Origin: Deltaproteobacteria bacterium
GTDB taxonomy: Bacteria; Desulfobacterota; Binatia; UBA12015
Direction: 5' to 3'
Assembly (NCBI GenBank): GCA_046583355.1
Contig: JAYGCM010000034.1
Coordinates: forward strand, 1 to 64,000
DNA length: 64,000 nucleotides
Shown here piece by piece: positions 9,559 to 18,453 of the stretch. The position numbers and the translations under genes were made by a program. The first letter of the stretch is position 1. Each line of letters opens with the position of its first letter. The notes under the pieces are model-generated. The model did not search any database. It had not been told where the DNA came from and was given only the letters and a program-made list of their open reading frames with translations.

Positions 9559-10164
9559 TCACCCGCGGGCTCGGAGAATCTGCACGAAACGAACATGATA
9601 GGCGATCCCCGACCAAAGCGAGAGGATCAGGGCGATCCATAAAAAGGCCATTCCGGCGGCATGGAAATCCAGCGGCCCGTAGGGATAATGCACCATCAAG
9701 CTGAAGAGCGCGATGGTCTGCATGGTGGTCTTTGCCTTGCCCAGGTGCTCGGCGCCCAGCACGACACCCTCGTCGCTGGCAATCGCCCGCAGGCCCGTCA
9801 CGGCGATCTCGCGCGCGGCGATCAGCGCGACCATCCAGGCCGGCACGATGGGATCGCGCGGCATCGCTGCCAGCATGATGAAGCCGCTGAGAATCAGGAT
9901 CTTGTCGGCCAGCGGGTCGAGGAATTTGCCCAGGTTGGTGATGATGCCGTCGCGCCGGGCCAGGTAGCCATCGAGCCAATCCGTGAGGCAGGCGATCAGG
10001 AAGAGTCCCGCGACCAGGGCCGAGATGCCGCGGCCGGGAAAGGTCAGCAACCAGACCATCACGGGCGTGAACGCCACCCGACCGAGCGAGAGCAGGTTCG
10101 GGATACTCCAGAGCGAGGGCCGCGGTGCGGGTTGCTCTTCGGACGATGAAGAAAGGGCTGGCAC
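9559..10164 (-). CDS. pgsA: CDP-diacylglycerol--glycerol-3-phosphate 3-phosphatidyltransferase
   Basis: IPNLLSLGR, TDWLDGYLARR...GKFLDPLADK CDP-alcohol phosphotransferase signature. Confidence 0.95.
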   Translation of the reverse strand: MPALSSSSEEQPAPRPSLWSIPNLLSLGRVAFTPVMVWLLTFPGRGISALVAGLFLIACLTDWLDGYLARRDGIITNLGKFLDPLADKILILSGFIMLAAMPRDPIVPAWMVALIAAREIAVTGLRAIASDEGVVLGAEHLGKAKTTMQTIALFSLMVHYPYGPLDFHAAGMAFLWIALILSLWSGIAYHVRFVQILRARG

Positions 10165-10166
10165 GA

Positions 10167-10925
10167 TCAGGACTCCGGGGCTGCCCTTCGCTCTACCATA
10201 TGAGGCGCGTCCTCGCGTGCCTTGAGATGTTCGCGGCGAAAACGGGCGATGCGCCGGATATATTCCTGCGTCTCGGCAAAGGGCGGCACACCTCGATGGG
10301 CCTCTACAGCCCCCGGCCCGGCGTTGAAGGCGGCCAGCGCGAGCACCGGGTCGCCGCCGAAGCGGTGCAGAAGCCGGCGGTAATAGAGTGCTCCCGCCTC
10401 AAGGTTCTGGCGCGGATGAAAGATATCGCGCACCCCGAGTTCGGCGGCGGTCGCGGGCATCAATTGCATCAGCCCGCAGGCGCCACTGCGCGAGCGTGCC
10501 AATGGGTCGAAGCCTGATTCGGCGCGCACGATCGCATGCAGCAGCGCCTTTTCGATGCGGAAGCGAAAGGCGGTCTCGTCGATGATGCGGGCCAACGCCG
10601 CCGGCGGCTCTCGTACCGCGCCCATACGTGCCAGCGGCGCTTGGCGTGGCCCTTGGGCCGGCTTTGCCGCGGCGCTGCCCGCAGCAGAGGCGCCACTTCC
10701 AGGTTCTACCTGGCTATCGTCGGCGCGGCTGTCGTCGGCTGGCGAGTCGCCTGGCTTCAGCTTGCGGAAGCGGCCATCGGTGGGCGCGTTCGAGAAATGC
10801 AGCACCCCGGCGGGGTCGCGGTAGCGGAAGATTTCACCGGCCGCCGACGCGACCGGCAAGCCGACCAAGAGCAGCGCCGCCAGCAAGGCTACGCGCCCGG
10901 ATCTTGCTCTGCCCCACCCCGCCAT
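10167..10925 (-). CDS. Lytic transglycosylase (Slt domain) with N-terminal DUF4124-like domain
   Basis: Signal peptide, IFRYRDPAGVLHFSN, AIVRAESGFDP, GLMQLMPATA, LAAFNAGPG, ETQEYI. Start uncertain (10925 or 11006). Confidence 0.9.
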   Translation of the reverse strand: MAGWGRARSGRVALLAALLLVGLPVASAAGEIFRYRDPAGVLHFSNAPTDGRFRKLKPGDSPADDSRADDSQVEPGSGASAAGSAAAKPAQGPRQAPLARMGAVREPPAALARIIDETAFRFRIEKALLHAIVRAESGFDPLARSRSGACGLMQLMPATAAELGVRDIFHPRQNLEAGALYYRRLLHRFGGDPVLALAAFNAGPGAVEAHRGVPPFAETQEYIRRIARFRREHLKAREDAPHMVERRAAPES

Positions 10926-11025
10926 GCCGCTACACCATACTCGGTGCGCCGGATTGTCAAAACCACCGTCGCGCCTATCCCGTCTTCCCCGTTGCACTTC
11001 GCGCATAGCCCTCTAAATTGAGCAT

Positions 11026-12657
11026 ATGCGACGCGACTTCGATTTCCTCGTCATCGGCAGCGGAATTGCCGGCCTGAGCTTCGCGCTTTGTGCAGCGGAG
11101 AAAGGCCGCGTCGCGGTCGTGACCAAGGCGCGGCTCGAGGAGGGTTCGTCCAGCCGCGCGCAGGGCGGCATCGCCTCGGTATGGGGGCCGGACGACTCCT
11201 TCGACGACCATGCAAAGGATACCACGGGCGCCGGCGCCGGACTCTGCCACGAAGATATTGTCGATATCGTCGTGCATGAAGGCCCCGAACGGGTGCGCGA
11301 GATGATCGAGCGCGGCACCCGCTTCGACCTGCGTCCGGGCGCCGAGACGGCCTTCGATGTCGACCTGAGCCTCGAGGGCGGCCATTCCCGCCGTCGCATC
11401 CTGCATGCCGTCGACGCCACCGGCTCCGAGATGATGCGTGTGCTGATCGACCGCGTCGCCCGACATGAGGCAATCGAAGTCTTCGAGCAAACCCTGGCGA
11501 TCGACCTTCTGCTCTCGGGAAAGTACAAATTACCCGGTGCCGAGCGTTGCCTCGGTGCCTACGTGCTCGACGTACGGACCCAGGAGATCCATACCTTCGC
11601 GGCGGGCGCGACACTGATTGCGACCGGCGGCGCCGGCAAGGCCTACCTCTATACCAGCAACCCCGACGTCGCGACGGGCGACGGCATCGCCATGGCCTAC
11701 CGCGCCGGCATCCCGATCGGCAATATGGAGTTCATCCAATTCCACCCGACCTGCCTCTACCACGAACATGCGAAATCTTTCCTGGTCAGCGAGACGATCC
11801 GCGGTGAAGGTGGCCTGCTTCTGCGCCCCGACGGCACGCGCTTCATGCCGGAGTACGACGAGCGCGCCGAGCTCGCGCCGCGTGATATCGTCGCCCGCGC
11901 CATTGACCAGGAAATGAAGGCGCATGGTTTCGACAATGTCTTCCTTGATATATCGGCGCGCTCCGAGGAGTTCCTGCTCGAGCGCTTCCCGACCATCATG
12001 GCGCGTTGCCGCAGCTTCGGCATCGACCCGGCCACCGAGCCGATCCCGGTGGTGCCCGCCGCACATTATACCTGCGGCGGAATCGTCACCGACGACCTCG
12101 GCCGCACGGCCCTGCCCGGTCTCTTCGCCGCCGGCGAAGCGGCGATGACCGGCCTACACGGAGCCAATCGGCTCGCCTCGAACTCGCTGCTCGAAGGGCT
12201 GGTCTTCGGCCACCGCGCCGCCCTCAAGGCCGCCGCAGATCAGCCCGGCGCCGCGCCCTCCGACATCGTGATCCCTGATTGGAACCCCGGCGGCGCGCAT
12301 TCCCGCGAAGAAGAGGTACTGGTCAGCCAGACTTGGGACGAGATCCGTCGCCTGATGTGGAATTACGTCGGCATCGTGCGCAGCAACCGCCGCCTGGCGC
12401 GCGCCCGCGCACGCCTCGACCTGGCGCTGGCCGAGATCCGCTCGGATTATTGGGCCTACCACCCCACCGCCGGCGCCATCGAGCTGCGCAACCTCGCCAT
12501 GGTCGCCGACCTCATCGTCGCCTCGGCCACCCTGCGCCGCGAGAGCCGCGGCCTGCATTATAACGTCGACTACCCTGCGGTTGACGACACGACCTGGGCC
12601 CGCGACACGATCTTGGTGCGCAGCCCCTCGACCCACCGACCGGTGCCGGCCTCGTAG
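11026..12657 (+). CDS. nadB: L-aspartate oxidase
   Basis: IGSGIAGL, AQGGIA, EGGHSRRRILH, EFIQFHPT, ELAPRDIVAR, AAHYTCGG, GLHGANRLASNSLLE, ESRGLH. Confidence 0.97.
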   Translation: MRRDFDFLVIGSGIAGLSFALCAAEKGRVAVVTKARLEEGSSSRAQGGIASVWGPDDSFDDHAKDTTGAGAGLCHEDIVDIVVHEGPERVREMIERGTRFDLRPGAETAFDVDLSLEGGHSRRRILHAVDATGSEMMRVLIDRVARHEAIEVFEQTLAIDLLLSGKYKLPGAERCLGAYVLDVRTQEIHTFAAGATLIATGGAGKAYLYTSNPDVATGDGIAMAYRAGIPIGNMEFIQFHPTCLYHEHAKSFLVSETIRGEGGLLLRPDGTRFMPEYDERAELAPRDIVARAIDQEMKAHGFDNVFLDISARSEEFLLERFPTIMARCRSFGIDPATEPIPVVPAAHYTCGGIVTDDLGRTALPGLFAAGEAAMTGLHGANRLASNSLLEGLVFGHRAALKAAADQPGAAPSDIVIPDWNPGGAHSREEEVLVSQTWDEIRRLMWNYVGIVRSNRRLARARARLDLALAEIRSDYWAYHPTAGAIELRNLAMVADLIVASATLRRESRGLHYNVDYPAVDDTTWARDTILVRSPSTHRPVPAS

Positions 12658-12812
12658 GTGCAATAGGTCCGACCAGGGGGCGTTTACCGAGCACAGAGGA
12701 GCGTACCCGTGCAAATAGAGTGCTTAATGCTCCATCCGCACCCAGTCTCGACAGTGTGCTCTAAAGTGTAATAAATGGGTGCATCCGCAAGACGATTTCG
12801 ATTGAAGTTCAG

Positions 12813-13271
12813 ATTCTTCTACTGGCCTGTGCGTCGGCTACTATGCTCTCGTGCGGCGACGACGCCAAGCCGACGATACAGGTCAGCATGAGCGGCAACG
12901 CCTTCTGGTTTGGTGCCCCTCCGGGCCGCCGCCGGATCGTGGGGGCGGAGGTATGGGTACTCGGCAAGACCCTCTACGATCCCGGTGCCCACGGCGAGGC
13001 CGGCGCGATCGTGCAGATCGACCCACCGGTGCCGGCCGACCACGGCCCTATCTACTTCAACACGTCGGTGAGTCGGGAGATCCAGCGTAACGGCGGCCGC
13101 AATCGTAATCGCTCTCACCGAGCCGACCATGCGGCCTGGAGTCGGCCGCCGCGGCCTGATCCCTCCCGACGCGGTGCCTTCGAGTTGACGAGGGCGCGAG
13201 CCTGCGAGAAAAAGGGCCGATCACGGACCTCTCGACGCGGTCCCGATCGGAACTCGACGAGATCGCGCTGA
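12813..13271 (+). pseudogene. Possible lipoprotein gene remnant
   Basis: The frame reads ILLLACASATMLSCGDD (lipobox-like) but has no start codon ahead of the signal peptide. The sequence turns into unnatural Arg-rich text after about 13090. Confidence 0.3.
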
Positions 13272-13294
13272 GCGGGCACGTGGCCCTTGGCGGC

Positions 13295-13505
13295 TTACCC
13301 GGAGTCGCCGCGGTAGCTCAGCCGGAGTCCGAGCAGGACAGCTCCGAACGTCGGCACGAAGGCCAGCACGTTTGCGTCCAGGCCCGCGACTGGCGGCACG
13401 CCACCGATCGCATCCGTGAATGCACCCCCGTAGAAGGGGCGCGTGAATGCCGCGAGGAAAAAGCCGCCGAATACACAGCTGCCAATCGCGCCGGCCAGGC
13501 GCTCC
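13295..13505 (-). pseudogene. Possible C-terminal fragment of a membrane protein
   Basis: AIGSCVFGGFFLAAFTRPFYGGAFTDAIGGVPPVAGLDANVLAFVPTFGAVLLGLRL: two hydrophobic helices with no credible start. Confidence 0.3.
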
Positions 13506-13527
13506 GGAATACATTCACCTCGGGGCC

Positions 13528-13977
13528 CTACTCCTTCGGGAAAGTCTGGACGCCGTTCATCTCGGTGCGAATGCGACGCAGTACGAGTTCCCGGATGCGC
13601 CACTCGCCGTCGGAGTCCTTGCGATATTTCTCGAAATACCAGCCGGTGCCCCGCATATGGCCTCCGCCCTTGGACTCGGGAAACCAGAGCATATCCTGCA
13701 TGGCCCAGATGCCCGTGGCGGTGTCCGGGCCGGTGATCTCGATTTCACTCGCATGACCGTGATGCACGGTCATGACGCCTTCGAGAATGGGCGCCAAGAA
13801 GTCGCGGAACTGCCTGCGGCCGTGCAGGATCGGCACCCCGTCGTCGGACGTGTCGATCGTCACGTCTGCGCAGAAGACCTTTTCCCACTCATCCCACTTC
13901 TTCTGATCCAGCATGCGGAAATAGCGCGCCTTGAGCTGGCGGATCTGTTCGATCTCGATGAGGTTCTCGGGTGTCAT
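13528..13977 (-). CDS. SnoaL-like/NTF2 family protein (BaiE/LinA-like)
   Basis: IEQIRQLKARYFRMLDQKKWD, TVHHGHASEIEITGPDTATGIWAM, GWYFEKY...GEWRI; AGGAG before ATG 13977. Confidence 0.9.
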   Translation of the reverse strand: MTPENLIEIEQIRQLKARYFRMLDQKKWDEWEKVFCADVTIDTSDDGVPILHGRRQFRDFLAPILEGVMTVHHGHASEIEITGPDTATGIWAMQDMLWFPESKGGGHMRGTGWYFEKYRKDSDGEWRIRELVLRRIRTEMNGVQTFPKE

Positions 13978-14609
13978 CGTAACTCCTATGGGTTTCCGCT
14001 CCGTCATCCGACCGGCCTATGGCGAGGCCACCACAAGCGCAACCGCGGCATAGCGAAGACGCCGCTGGGACGAGAGGCGTCGCGTGGTAGGCAGGGCGCT
14101 GCAGCCCGGCAATTGCGTTGGTGTCGACAGGGAAAGACGAGCTATCCGCATGATGAAGCAACATGAAATCACCTCGCCTCGGCCGCTTCTCCGGACGGGC
14201 CATGCTGGACGACGGACAAATGAGGCAACGTGCGCTCCGCACCAGCTCGGCAGTGGCCATTCCCAACGGACCATTTTCGGGAGACGGCAATCTCACGGTT
14301 CCGCAGCGGTGGGTTCACCTCCAGCGCCACCCGTCGGGATGCCATAGGCTGATAGTTTCCTTCGTGCGCACGGGGTCAAGAAAGGCGAAGTCCGCCAATC
14401 GGCCGTTCCGACGACGACTTCGGCGCCGATCTTGGGGCCGTGTCGGGCGAATCGTTGCGTGAAATTGTTCGGCTGCTCTCCCTGGAAATGGAACTACAAA
14501 CGATCCGTGGGTGCAGAAGGCTGCCCGCCGGCGCGTCGAGTCCGCCCAAAAAGGCGGCAACGAGGTCACGGCAGGCCGTTCCCGCTTCCCCCGCAGGGCT
14601 CGATGTTGT

Positions 14610-15767
14610 ATGAATCACGAGACGATGCGCACCGCTGCTCCCCCCGATCCGTGTCTGACGATGGCCGTCCTGCTCAATCCGCACGCTCTGTGGAGGGAGC
14701 TCGATGGCGCGCGTCCGGAGGCCTTGGAGCGGGCTTTTGACGAGGCGCATAGTTTCGGGAGCAGCGGCGGTGTCGCGATGATCGTCTGCGTCGGACTCGC
14801 CCAGACCCGCTCGGAGCCGGGTGGGCTCAAACGGCCCGTTGTGAAATTTGGTATCCACCGCTCGACACTGGCCCGCCTCGCCCGGGCGTGGAGAGAGATC
14901 ATCCATCCGCGGTTGCTCCGCGAAGGGACAAAGGCGCGCTTCCCCTTGGGCGGACAGGAATGGTACCGGGTCGCCTGCGAAGCGGCGAAGTCGGTCGGGC
15001 GCTCAGCGCTGGAGCTGCTCGAGGAAGCCGAGCGCAGCAGGGCCGCCGATGCGCAGTATTCGGTGAATCGATGGAAAAGCGACCTGAGCTTGCAGGCCGC
15101 GCACGCCCGGGCCGATACGGCCCGCGCGGCGGCCGCTTCGTCGAGGCGCGGCAGACCGCGCCGTCCGCTCCCCGCCAACGCAGACGAGATGGTGACTGAA
15201 CTCAGTGGCCAGCCCCGCTCCTGCTCGGACGAGGAGATTGCCGTACGCCAGGCGCGTTACCCCGAAAACTTCGTCCCATTGGACGAGGTGATGCCTCCGC
15301 AGCCGCTGCGGCCACCCCGCTTCGAGTGGCTCTTCATCTCGATCGACGGAGTGTACCGGGCCGCGAAGGGCAAATCCGAGATGGCCGTCGGCCACCATTG
15401 GAAGCAGGTGACAAAGGATCGCGATATCGTGCTGGACGGCGGCCGCATGAGCTGTGACGCCGCGTGGAGCAAGCTGGTTGCCGATTCCGCCGCCGAGGGC
15501 ATGGAGCTTCCGTCGATCGCGATCTTCCCTGATATTGAAGACCAATTCAGCCTGCGCCCCGACGCCAGTGGCGCGATGGAATGCCTGATCGTCGCCGTGC
15601 GGGCGCAAGGCCAGGTTGCCGGTTTCCTCTTCCTCGACTTCTCGGAAGAGAAGGACTTCCCCTTCCGCTCGCCGCATACCTACCACTATCTCCGCGACCA
15701 GTTGCGTCCGCTGACCGACCGACTCCAGCACGAGTTCAGCCCGTCGGCCCTCGCGACACCGCACTGA
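14610..15767 (+). CDS. Hypothetical protein with possible HTH, AT-hook-like motif and C-terminal GAF-like domain
   Basis: Long ORF with natural composition; KFGIHRSTLARLARAW, RRGRPRR, ECLIVAVRAQGQVAGFLFLD. Start uncertain (14511-14661). Confidence 0.6.
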   Translation: MNHETMRTAAPPDPCLTMAVLLNPHALWRELDGARPEALERAFDEAHSFGSSGGVAMIVCVGLAQTRSEPGGLKRPVVKFGIHRSTLARLARAWREIIHPRLLREGTKARFPLGGQEWYRVACEAAKSVGRSALELLEEAERSRAADAQYSVNRWKSDLSLQAAHARADTARAAAASSRRGRPRRPLPANADEMVTELSGQPRSCSDEEIAVRQARYPENFVPLDEVMPPQPLRPPRFEWLFISIDGVYRAAKGKSEMAVGHHWKQVTKDRDIVLDGGRMSCDAAWSKLVADSAAEGMELPSIAIFPDIEDQFSLRPDASGAMECLIVAVRAQGQVAGFLFLDFSEEKDFPFRSPHTYHYLRDQLRPLTDRLQHEFSPSALATPH

Positions 15768-15890
15768 ACGACCCGCAGAGGCGACGGTCGCCTTGGGGTA
15801 GCCGCGATCACTTCCGATTTTCTTGCCAAGATCCCCGATTTCCGCCCGCCAAGACTTGACTTTCGTTTTATCTTCGCCAAGCTGGAATGC

Positions 15891-16774
15891 GTGCGTCGCA
15901 GCGATATCTCCAGCGCGGGAGGCCCTCAGTCAGGGCTATTTGGCGAACGTCGTCCGGGCGTGGAATATCCGCCAGCCAGCTCTTTCAAGTGCCACGGCTC
16001 GGGTGAGGAAGCGCCGCCCGCGACCCGGGCCGAGTCGGCCCTGTTTCTCGAGCGCGGTCTGAGCCGGCTTGTCCGCCAGGAGGCATTATAGCGCTCGGCA
16101 TCCGGGCGGCTTGCCCGTCGCTTCCAGCGATTTCGTGGCTGGGAACGCCTGGGCTTCACCCGTCTCGGCGACTACACACGCGAGCGGCTCGGTATCGGCC
16201 CGCGCGAACTCCAAGAACTCGCCTTTGTGGCGACCGCTCTCGAATTCCGGCCCTTGGTCCGGCGCGCCTTCACGCGAGGCGAGCTCACCTGGGGGCGCGT
16301 GCGTCTCCTGGCGCGCGCGAATACCACTGCATGTGAGGAAGAATGGGTAGTGTTTGCCAAGGCGCATACGGTGGATGAGCTTGGCAACCAGCTTCGTACC
16401 GGTTCGCGTCCGTCCCGCGGTCTGGGTGAAATGGCAGCGCGTGCACGAGTTGGCGCGGCGCCTTGAGGGTGCGGAAATTGCCGAAGCGCGATGGCTGGCG
16501 TTGTCAGGTGCCGGGCTGCACCTCGCGCCGAAATCTCCACGACCACCATATTCGCTTCCGCTCGCGTGGTGGTTCCAACCAGCAGACCAACCGGGTCACG
16601 GTCTGCGCACAGCATCACCTTCGCGGTATTCATAGCGGTCGGATTCGCGGCGAAGGAGAAGCCCCATCGGCAATTCACTGGCAACTCGGTCTTTCGGGCA
16701 CGCGAGGCCCGCTGGTTGAGACCCTCGGCGAGACCTACGCCGCATCTGGCGCCGCGCTCACCGGGAAATCCTAG
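15891..16774 (+). pseudogene. Decayed DUF222-like/HNH endonuclease gene
   Basis: In-frame TAG at 16089-16091, then GWERLGFTRLGDYTRERLGI...GELTWGRVRLLAR. After a frameshift near 16465: RDGWRCQVPGCTSRRNLHDHHIRFRSRGG...VCAQHHLRGIH (HNH). Confidence 0.8.
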
Positions 16775-16931
16775 AGCGTCTTCGAATACTCGATGGCCAC
16801 TTGACGCTCGGCCTCGCTCAGATGGTCGCCGATGGTATGGCCGGCATTCGGTTGACTCCATTATACCAATCGACGAGATCGGAAGAGTAGACCATGCCGG
16901 CCGCGGCCGGGTTCATGCCGATGGTATTCAT
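16771..16931 (-). pseudogene. Remnant of a di-haem cytochrome c (RoxA/peroxidase-like) gene
   Basis: Minus strand reads TIGMNPAAA...DLVDWYN, then in another frame NAGHTIGDHLSEAERQVAIEYSKTL-stop. This matches the recalled C-terminal NxGHxFG..LS..E..AxIEYLKTL motif. Confidence 0.55.
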
Positions 16932-16980
16932 TCGGCCTTATCTTCTCGCCACGACAACACGAGCCGTGTATCGTTTATGC

Positions 16981-17145
16981 ATGAAGACCATTACCCTTAG
17001 CGAGGAGGACTATGAGCGACTCTGCGTCTGGAAAGACCCGACGCTGACATCCTTCTCCAAACAAGCTCCCTCGCCTCACGGCGGAGCAGGCTGCGGTGAT
17101 GGAAGAAGCGCTTGCGTGGGCCAATGCCCCGGCCAACCAACGTGA
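16981..17145 (+). pseudogene. VapB-type antitoxin (N-terminus intact, C-terminus degenerate)
   Basis: MKTITLSEEDYERL...K....SFSK matches the MKTITISxEAYERL..K..SFS antitoxin pattern; lies directly upstream of a PIN fragment. Confidence 0.65.
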
Positions 17146-17148
17146 TTG

Positions 17149-17292
17149 ATGGATTTCCTGATTGATACGACCTCTCTGATTCGCCTATGGCGCGACGGCG
17201 CAGGGAGTCGCGAAAGTCATTTCATCACGCGCTATCCGACACTCTGGGTCCAGGACCTTGAAATCCTCGACTACACGTCTGGCGAGGAATGA
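17149..17292 (+). pseudogene. Internally deleted VapC/PIN toxin remnant (47 aa)
   Basis: MDFLIDTTSLIRLWR (PIN beta1 DT motif) joined to VQDLEILDY (typical PIN C-terminus); far shorter than a PIN domain. Confidence 0.65.
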
Positions 17293-17344
17293 ATGCTACG
17301 GCCTGGCGTTTCGGCCGAGACGCCGTGATCTATCAGGAGTCAAT

Positions 17345-18442
17345 ATGACACTACCCAAAACAAGCTTCGCCATGGTGCAAACAGCCAAGCGCACTCTGGA
17401 ACCGATGGATTTACCCTTGCCCGAAATCGACGACGATTCCGGTCTGGTCCGGATTGAGGCCTGCGGAATCTGCGGCAGCGATTACGAGCAATTCGAGGGC
17501 GTGCTGCATACGCCGATGCCGGCGGTGCCGGGCCACGAACCGCTCGGCGTGGTGGCCAAAATCGGTGATCGTGCAGCGAAGCGTTGGGGTGTCGATGTCG
17601 GAGATCGGATTGCCGTGGAGACCATGCTCTCCTGCCACCATTGCGGCCCTTGTCTGGGTGGTTCCTACCACCTCTGCGATTCACGGCGGATCTACTCTTA
17701 TATCCCGCTCTCCGAGGCACCGGGGCTGTGGGGTTCCTACGCGCAATATATGTACCTCGATCCCAATTGCGTAGTGCATAAAGTCGATTCCTCCCTCGAC
17801 CCTTCGATCGCGGTGATGTTCAACCCGCTCGGCGCGGGCTTTCGCTGGGCGGTCGAAATCCCCGGCACCGGTCCGGGTGATACCGTCGTGATCCAGGGCC
17901 CCGGACAGCGAGGCCTGGCTAGCGTGCTTGCCTGCCGCGAAGCCGGCGCGGCCAGGATCATCGTCACCGGGCTGGAAGCGGACGCAGAAAAACTCGCATT
18001 GGCGCGCGAGTTCGGCGCACATGCCACCATCGATGTGCAAAACGAAAATGCCCGGGAGCGCATCCAGGAACTCACAGACGGCCGTGGCGCCGACGTCGTG
18101 CTCGATGTCTCTTCCTACGCAACCGAGCCCGTCGCCCAATCCCTGGACTATGTGCGGATGGGCGGCACGGTCGTGCTCGCCGGCGTGAAGGGCTTCAAAG
18201 CGGTGCCCAACTTCATCTCGGATAAAATCGTCATGAAGGAAGTGACGATCAAGGGCGCCATCGGGGTCACCAGCACAGGCTACGCCAACGCAATCCGGCT
18301 GCTCGAATCCGGCAAATATCCGATCGAACGGATGCATACCCACGACTTCAAGCTGCGTGACGCCGAGCTCGCCATCCGAACGCTTGCTCGCGAGATTCCC
18401 GGCGAAGAATCCATTCACTCCTGCCTGATCCCAGAACAATAA
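17345..18442 (+). CDS. Zinc-binding dehydrogenase (MDR family)
   Basis: CGICGSD, PGHE, CHHCGPC...C structural Zn, GPGQRG; AGGAG before ATG 17345. Confidence 0.92.
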   Translation: MTLPKTSFAMVQTAKRTLEPMDLPLPEIDDDSGLVRIEACGICGSDYEQFEGVLHTPMPAVPGHEPLGVVAKIGDRAAKRWGVDVGDRIAVETMLSCHHCGPCLGGSYHLCDSRRIYSYIPLSEAPGLWGSYAQYMYLDPNCVVHKVDSSLDPSIAVMFNPLGAGFRWAVEIPGTGPGDTVVIQGPGQRGLASVLACREAGAARIIVTGLEADAEKLALAREFGAHATIDVQNENARERIQELTDGRGADVVLDVSSYATEPVAQSLDYVRMGGTVVLAGVKGFKAVPNFISDKIVMKEVTIKGAIGVTSTGYANAIRLLESGKYPIERMHTHDFKLRDAELAIRTLAREIPGEESIHSCLIPEQ

Positions 18443-18453
18443 GAAAGATAATC

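Noticed and set aside
14010..14510. Short ORFs or structured RNA in the long intergenic region
   Set aside because: No convincing protein motif, riboswitch or repeat recognised.
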